In this document: piece after piece, positions 57,700-64,000 of the stretch | Position numbering within the stretch: position 1 is the stretch's first letter | How the letters are laid out: the number at the start of each line of letters is the position of its first letter | Origin: an uncultured archaeon | Lineage (GTDB): Archaea; Asgardarchaeota; Lokiarchaeia; Sigyniarchaeales; SOKP01 | Length of the DNA: 64,000 bases | Direction: 5' to 3' | Assembly: GCA_964486045.1 (NCBI GenBank) | Contig: CAZALK010000002.1 | Location: 128,001 to 192,000 of the forward strand | Notes under the pieces: model-generated | Told to the model about the DNA's origin: nothing | The model's database searches: none | Seen by the model: the letters and a program-made list of their open reading frames with translations, nothing else | Position numbers and translations under genes: made by a program

Positions 57700-58269
57700 T
57701 TATATCATATTGGGATGAGTAGATATTATTGTTTTAATTAATTTTTTTATTACCATGATTCCGGTATTTAATTCTATTTTATAAGGGACATGTATAAAAA
57801 CAACAAGATATTTCTTTTCTGAGAATAATAGATTCCAATAATAGATATAATTACACAAGTACGTACCTGGGTAATTTGAGATTGAAATATTCTTTGTATC
57901 CTGTAATTGTAAACCTGAGTATAATTTATTAATGTTTAAAATCGATTTTAAGATAAAAGGGGAATTAAATCGAATCAAACCAAACTTAACCTTGTTATTA
58001 ACATCTTTCCCGAAAGCAAAGTTCCATCCACACTTTTCTATACGGAATTTCTTGCTTTCGTGAATACCTAAGAGAACTACTAATTTTGGTTTTGAGATAG
58101 TATGAGTCAGCAGATTCTTAAGCGAAATGAGACTTAAATCCCAAATTACAGGGAACACTTTCTTTATTAATAGGAAATCTAAATCCGGTAGTTCAAGTTT
58201 ATCTACAATTTTACCACTACTATTAGTAGTATTTCTTCCATATGGTCTAAAACCAGTTAAAATCATCAA
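57700..58269 (-). CDS. pcp: Pyroglutamyl peptidase I family (C15)
   Basis: LTGFRPYG...N.S, RIE, GTYLCN, FIHVP. Confidence 0.85.
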   Translation of the reverse strand: MMILTGFRPYGRNTTNSSGKIVDKLELPDLDFLLIKKVFPVIWDLSLISLKNLLTHTISKPKLVVLLGIHESKKFRIEKCGWNFAFGKDVNNKVKFGLIRFNSPFILKSILNINKLYSGLQLQDTKNISISNYPGTYLCNYIYYWNLLFSEKKYLVVFIHVPYKIELNTGIMVIKKLIKTIISTHPNMI

Positions 58270-58348
58270 TATTTTGACCGAAATATCTTTGTATCAAAAT
58301 ATTATGCAATAATTAAAAATAAAAAAAAACGCAGAAAAACAAAATTTG

Positions 58349-58783
58349 TTAATCTTCTGATTTTGCTGCTGCTGCTGCAGCTTTTGCTTTCTCTTTTTCT
58401 AAATTACTCAGTTGTTTTTTTAAAGCATTAATTTCTTTTTGTTTCTCTTTAATTTGAGCTTTCTTTTCAGATTCAATATCTTTCAGCTTGTTATTTAAAG
58501 CCTTTTCTTTATCACTTTTTAATTTTGAGAGCGTTTTGCCTTCATTTTTAGCAGCAGCTATTTTTTCTTTCTTTTTATCTGCCCATTCTGCCGCTTTTTC
58601 AATCGCTTCGTCTCTAAGTTTTTCTTCTTCTCCTAGTTTCGTGTTAGTTTCCTCAATCTTAGGATCAAACTCATCTTCAATTTCTTTCTCTGCAGATGCA
58701 TCTTTTTTAGAAGCTTCCTCTTCTATCCTCGTGATATCATCTTCCTTTGCGGAGATTTGACTTCTAATTTCTTCTTCAGACAT
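58349..58783 (-). CDS. Highly charged coiled-coil protein
   Basis: E/K/A-rich heptads with a poly-Ala tail. Confidence 0.75.
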   Translation of the reverse strand: MSEEEIRSQISAKEDDITRIEEEASKKDASAEKEIEDEFDPKIEETNTKLGEEEKLRDEAIEKAAEWADKKKEKIAAAKNEGKTLSKLKSDKEKALNNKLKDIESEKKAQIKEKQKEINALKKQLSNLEKEKAKAAAAAAKSED

Positions 58784-58832
58784 AATATTTCAATTTTGAT
58801 AAATAATTTGGTATATTTAATAACTTTTTTAG

Positions 58833-58983
58833 TAATTCAAATGTTATAAATTATTGGTTAGTTCTAACATGAATAATCTCACTTTTGAATAATAGTATTT
58901 TTATATTTTATGATAAGATCATACAAAACTTTTTTACAAGGCTTGAATTAAATATAATTTAAATTTAATTAATTAGGTTAGAA
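58833..58983 (+). repeat. ~150-bp upstream region, copy 1
   Basis: Aligns with 61652..61802 (shared TGTTATAAATTATTGGTTAGTTCTA, TGAATAATCTCACTTTTGAAT, AATTAGGTTAGAA). Confidence 0.85.
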
Positions 58984-58987
58984 ATTA

Positions 58988-61234
58988 ATGTTAAAAAATA
59001 GTAAGAGAAAAAAAATAGTCTTTCTTCTATCATCAGTTCTGTACATTTTAATTGCAACATTCTTTGTTAATGGAATTTTGATTGATGATAATCGTTTATA
59101 TCATAAAAGAAACGTAGAATTCGATGATAAGAATGGTGACTTAAAGTCTGCAGGAGTTTATACCAATATAACTATAGATGACAGGCCGGGAAGCCCAAAT
59201 AATTGGGCTTGGGCGAAAACTCAACCTTGGAGCTCTGGTTCAGGAACATTATTAGATCCATACATAATTGAAGGTCAGATTTTAAATCTGTCTGCTAGCG
59301 CACATGGTATACGCATTTCAAACTCAACATCTTCTTACTTTGAAATTAGGAATAATATTGCTCAATGGAACGAATTAACTAATACACTTACAATGACTGG
59401 CATTTTTTTAAGCAATACTTCTAAAGGTAAAATAGTCACTAACACAATTTACAATATAACAAAAGGAATTCACTTAAATAATTGTTCAAATGTAGATATA
59501 CTCAATAATACAATATACGATCAAACAACACCAATAAATCATATGGTAGAAGGAATTTTAGTAGAATATAGCTATTTCCTTAATATTTCCAAAAATAAAG
59601 TATTTGATATAATACAGGCAGGGAACGGCATATTTCTAAATAACAGCTTTTTTAATAACATCTCTGCCAATAAAATATATAATATTGAAAATAGCAATGG
59701 TATGAAACTCGAAAATAGTAATTTTAACGATGTTACTGAAAACGATATATTTAGCAATGAGGTTGGAATTACACTCCAAGCTAGTCATAACAACACATTT
59801 TCTGGAAATAACGTAAGCAATAATGCAGATCATGGATTAGTAATAAGCCAAAGCCATAATAATACCCTTACAGGAAATATGGTAAAGGACAATAGCCAGA
59901 ACGGGATACAATTATTTGAATCTGATAATAATACCCTCTCAAGAAACCCCATAAATAATAATGGTAATTACGGAATAATTATAGAATACAGCATAAATAA
60001 TATAATCTTGGGGAATATTATGACTAGGAATTTACAGGGGATTTTTATGTCCTTTAGTAATTTCAGTATCATTATAAAAAACAACGCAAGTAAAAATAAT
60101 TACGGAATGTCTATAGATGAAAGCAATAATAATACCATATCGGGAAATGTTATATCCAATAACTCGCAGTATGGGATAATTTTTTCTGGTAATAGCAATA
60201 ATAATACTTTCTCGGGAAATACCGTAAACAATAATGATGTTATAGGAATTTATTTGGAAGATTATTGCGATTTAAACCAATTTACCAATAATATTTTAAA
60301 TAATAATTTGGTTGGATTTCAGATTGATTTAAATAATGATAATAACTCAATTTTTGAGAATTTCTTACTGAATAATGGTAAACATGCGATTGACGGTGGA
60401 ACTGATAACAAATGGAATAGTACTATAATTGGTAATTATTGGGACAATTATACCGGTGTAGATGCTGATCATAACGGAATAGGAGATACTAACCATATTT
60501 TTAATGGAGGGATAGATTATCTACCAATCTGGGATGTTGATTTACCATCAATCAATATTGTTTCTCCTTCAGATAATGATTTAGTTGGTAGAACAGCTCC
60601 TAGCTTTATTGTTGAGGTTACTGATCTTTACTTAGAGAATATGTGGTATACTATTGATGATCATGTAACTAATGTGCTTTTTACAACTAACGAGACGTTC
60701 GACCAAACTTTGTGGGAAATATTATGGGATAGTATAGCGGAAATGGATTTCATATATATTATATTCTACGCTAACGATACTTTTGGTAATCTAGGGTCTA
60801 ATAATGTCTCGGTAATTAAAAGTGTTGCTCCCATAATTTCAATTATATCTCCATTAGAAGATACGGTATTTGGAGCAGTAGCGCCGAACTTCACGGTTGA
60901 AGTAGTTGAGTCAAACTTAGAATTTATGTGATATTCTGTTGACGGCGGCCTTACAAATGTTATTTTTACTACAAATGGCTCATTATCACAGTCCATATGG
61001 GATAATTTACCAGAAGGCGGAGTTACTATCAGATTTTATGCCAACGATTCATTAGGAAATATCGTCTTCGAACAAGTGAACGTCTTTAAGGAAATTCCAG
61101 TTTCCACATCACCATCTCCCACAATTGGGATAGACTTCAATATAAATGGTCTCATACTTCTCATTGCTATTACAGGATCAATAATATCTATTATTAGTCT
61201 TACGCTGAAAAGAAAACGAAAAATTCAATACTAA
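58988..61234 (+). CDS. Surface protein with NosD/parallel beta-helix repeats, Ig-like repeats and C-terminal TM anchor; in-frame TGA at 60929-60931
   Basis: Signal peptide, GI.L..S.NNT repeats, GNYWDNY.G.D; frame stays open 100 codons past the TGA to TAA 61232-61234, encoding the rest of the repeat, a TM and KRKRK. Confidence 0.85.
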
Positions 61235-61651
61235 TTATTTTTTTATTTTATTCTCATGTTATCTTGAAAAAAAATTTCGTCCTAACTTAAATTTAGATCG
61301 ATTCTTTTCTTAAAATAATTTTTACTTATCCTTAAAATTTAATAGAATTGGATATATAAGATGAGAAAAACCATTAGCTGAAAAAATCCTATAACAACAT
61401 TTAGGTATAAAATTTTTTTCTAATCTATTTATTCTGGGTTAAAATTTTTATAAAATAATTGACTTGTTATTGTGGTTTTAAGAAAAATATCTTAAGAACC
61501 TTTTTATCGCCAAATCTTAAAAGGATTCATTAACACTCCGTTTGTAAGTGATTCAAAATCTTTTCTCATAAACATTTAGATTTTAATCTAAAGGGGACAA
61601 AAATGGGTGAATTCTAAGAGAAAATTTTTATAATACCTAAATTTTATTTAC

Positions 61652-61802
61652 TAATTCAGATGTTATAAATTATTGGTTAGTTCTACTATGAATAATCTCA
61701 CTTTTGAATGATAGCATTTTTAAATTTTGCTAGAAGATCATCCAAAACTTATTTATAAGACTTAAACTAAATATAATTAAAATCTTATTAATTAGGTTAG
61801 AA
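61652..61802 (+). repeat. ~150-bp upstream region, copy 2
   Basis: Matches 58833..58983; precedes the paralogous gene. Confidence 0.85.
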
Positions 61803-61822
61803 TTATAGATATAAAATCAAAA

Positions 61823-64000
61823 ATGTTAAATCAAAGAAACTGCAATATATTAACCGCTGTTCTGTTTCTGTTTATGATCACATCAGCTTCTATGGGAATA
61901 TTATGGCTTATGGATAATTTTAATAAAGCTCACATAAGAAATCTTGAAACTGAATCATTTAATTTTAACATCAAGGTTTCTGCTACTTATAATGATATTG
62001 TCATTGATGATTTACCAGGGAGTTTAACTAATTGGACTTGGGCAGAAACACAAATTTGGTTTGGAGGAGGTTCTGGAACTATAGGGTCACCTTATATAAT
62101 TGAGAGCCATACTTTTGAGTACTCAGCTGGCGGTGGTGATAGTTTTGCGATTTTAAATTCAAGGAAATATTTTATTATTAGAAATTGTACATTTGTTAAT
62201 TCAAATTCTATTGATGTGGGGCTTTATCTGAACAATGTTACTAATGGACAAATTCTTAATAATCAAATGTATAATAACTATTTTGGAATAGAATTCGTCA
62301 ATGTTAATGATACAATTGTCTCGGATAACAATGTCACTAATAATAATTTTTATGGGATATATTTATATAATAGTTATTCTAACAATTTTATTCAAAATAA
62401 CGTGTCTGATAACGTAGATAGAGGATTTCGTTTACAAGACTACAGTCTATTTAATAACATCGAGGGAAATCTCATAAAAGATAATGGTAATGATGGAATT
62501 TTATTAGAGGGAAACTGTAATAATAACACTATTTCGAGAAATATCATCACTAATAATGGAGATGTAATCCCGGAATACGGGATTGATTTTTCGGGACCGA
62601 ATCTTTATAATACAATCACAGGAAATATCATAACCGATCATACTATTGGGGGAATACATTTTTTTCCAGATAGTAACAATAACTCCTTGTATGAAAATAT
62701 ACTGAAAAACAATACGATTCATGCTCTTGACCAAGGTTCGAATAACGATTGGAATAATACACTTATAGGAAATTATTGGGATAATTATTCAGGATATGAT
62801 ATGGATTTAGATGGAATTGGTGATACTCCATATGATGTTCTTCCTGCTGGTGGTAGTCAAGATTATTTACCAATTTGGAATATACAGAGACCAATTGCGA
62901 TTGATGATCTTCCCGGTAGTTTAAATAACTGGACTTGGGCAGCGAATCAAGCATGGAGTAGTGGCTCTGGGACTGAATTAGATCCGTATATAATTGAAGA
63001 TTTAAATATAGATGGAAATAACACTGATTATTGTATTTCGATATCAAATTCTGAAGCATATTTTATAATTCAAGGTAATACACTTAATAACACGATTAAT
63101 ACCCTTACTGAAGGTGGAATTATATTATTTAATGTTTCTAACGGAAACATAATCGGGAACAATTTTTATAATAACAGAAATGCTGCAATATTTGGAACAT
63201 TAACTAATCATACCATAGTTTCAGGGAACACGCTTAATAATAACCGTCATGGAATATATATAGATGGTTCTTATAACGAATTTTTGGTTAATAAAATATA
63301 TGGAGATGCTACAGGAACGGGAATTGTGATACAGGGTAGTTATAATGACAATATAATTAATGGAAATATTATAGAGAATTGTTGGCAAGGAATATGGATA
63401 GCAATTGCTGATAATAATACACTTTCGGGAAACATCGTTTCCAATAATATGCAAAACGGAATCATTTTATTAAGCAATAGTGATTCTAATTTTCTTTCAG
63501 AGAATATAGTAGTAAATAACACATTGAGTGGGATTTTAATGCTCACTAGCAATAATAATACAATTGAAAGTAGTATAGTACATGATAATATGCAAATTGG
63601 AATTAATTTACAGTCTAGTGATAATAATACAATTTATGATAACGTTATAAGTGAAAATATTAATACCGGTGTCTGGTTTTATGGAGGTTCTGATGGAAAT
63701 TTATTATATAGGAATTTCTTCTCTGGTAATGGAAGACATGCATTTGATGAGGGCTCGAATAATGATTGGAATTCTACAACAATAGGTAATTATTGGGATA
63801 ATCATACTAGTCCAGATTTAAACCCCATAGATGGCATTGTCGACTGGCCATATAATATAAGTGGTTCTGCTGGAAGTAAAGATTATTTGCCTATAGCTGA
63901 AGACGGACCACCCTCAATAACTATTAATTCTCCTTCTGATAACGATATTTTTGGTACTAGTGCTCCGAGTTTTAGTGTTACAATTACCGATACTTTTTTG
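61823..64000 (+). CDS. NosD/parallel beta-helix surface protein, runs off the window end (absent from ORF track)
   Basis: ATG 61823, signal peptide, two modules each starting IDDLPGSL.NWTWA...GSGT...PYIIE and ending GNYWDN. Confidence 0.88.
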   Translation, partial: MLNQRNCNILTAVLFLFMITSASMGILWLMDNFNKAHIRNLETESFNFNIKVSATYNDIVIDDLPGSLTNWTWAETQIWFGGGSGTIGSPYIIESHTFEYSAGGGDSFAILNSRKYFIIRNCTFVNSNSIDVGLYLNNVTNGQILNNQMYNNYFGIEFVNVNDTIVSDNNVTNNNFYGIYLYNSYSNNFIQNNVSDNVDRGFRLQDYSLFNNIEGNLIKDNGNDGILLEGNCNNNTISRNIITNNGDVIPEYGIDFSGPNLYNTITGNIITDHTIGGIHFFPDSNNNSLYENILKNNTIHALDQGSNNDWNNTLIGNYWDNYSGYDMDLDGIGDTPYDVLPAGGSQDYLPIWNIQRPIAIDDLPGSLNNWTWAANQAWSSGSGTELDPYIIEDLNIDGNNTDYCISISNSEAYFIIQGNTLNNTINTLTEGGIILFNVSNGNIIGNNFYNNRNAAIFGTLTNHTIVSGNTLNNNRHGIYIDGSYNEFLVNKIYGDATGTGIVIQGSYNDNIINGNIIENCWQGIWIAIADNNTLSGNIVSNNMQNGIILLSNSDSNFLSENIVVNNTLSGILMLTSNNNTIESSIVHDNMQIGINLQSSDNNTIYDNVISENINTGVWFYGGSDGNLLYRNFFSGNGRHAFDEGSNNDWNSTTIGNYWDNHTSPDLNPIDGIVDWPYNISGSAGSKDYLPIAEDGPPSITINSPSDNDIFGTSAPSFSVTITDTFL

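Noticed and set aside
33287-60931. UGA=Trp recoding suggested by two TGA codons at Trp positions
   Set aside because: Many intact genes here terminate with TGA (e.g. 4485, 5224, 12738, 39166, 52607), and one of the two cases is an obvious pseudogene.
8094-63552. Numerous short antisense or alternate-frame ORFs in the track (e.g. 8094, 9934, 11791, 15292, 34330, 52815, 62504-63552)
   Set aside because: Shadows of well-supported genes, without independent motifs.
1-64000. tRNA, rRNA, transposase or integrase genes
   Set aside because: No GC-rich structured RNA segments or recombinase motifs recognised; a covariance-model scan would be needed to exclude small RNAs.

Overview
AT-rich archaeal chromosomal segment, almost certainly Asgard (Lokiarchaeia-like). 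This is inferred from a JAB-E1-E2-ubiquitin cassette, Rab-like GTPase and longin remnants, Loki-type LRR proteins and parallel beta-helix surface proteins. It carries anaerobic C1/energy genes (korAB, fwdG-F-D-B-C, atypical mvhG/mvhA-like genes, hdrC, two hdrB, fdhD), an intein-bearing class II ribonucleotide reductase, two MNT-HEPN toxin-antitoxin pairs, three Pls-like membrane beta-helix acyltransferase genes and tandem glutamate dehydrogenases. No rRNA, tRNA, CRISPR array or transposase was recognised. The strongest finding is a 29-nt stop-containing insertion (7224-7252) in an otherwise intact fwdB. It folds into a bulge-helix-bulge motif, and cutting at the canonical tRNA-splicing-endonuclease positions rebuilds the conserved CPFCGTLCDD Fe-S motif. 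This makes it a candidate protein-spliced mRNA intron in a metabolic gene, with a competing hairpin that could regulate splicing. Other points: a duplicated fwdB 5' stub coupled to an inserted LRR gene, several AUU/CUG starts missed by the ORF track, an in-frame UGA separating a surface protein from its membrane anchor, and paired zinc-ribbon microproteins. All family assignments are from motif recognition only; no searches were run.
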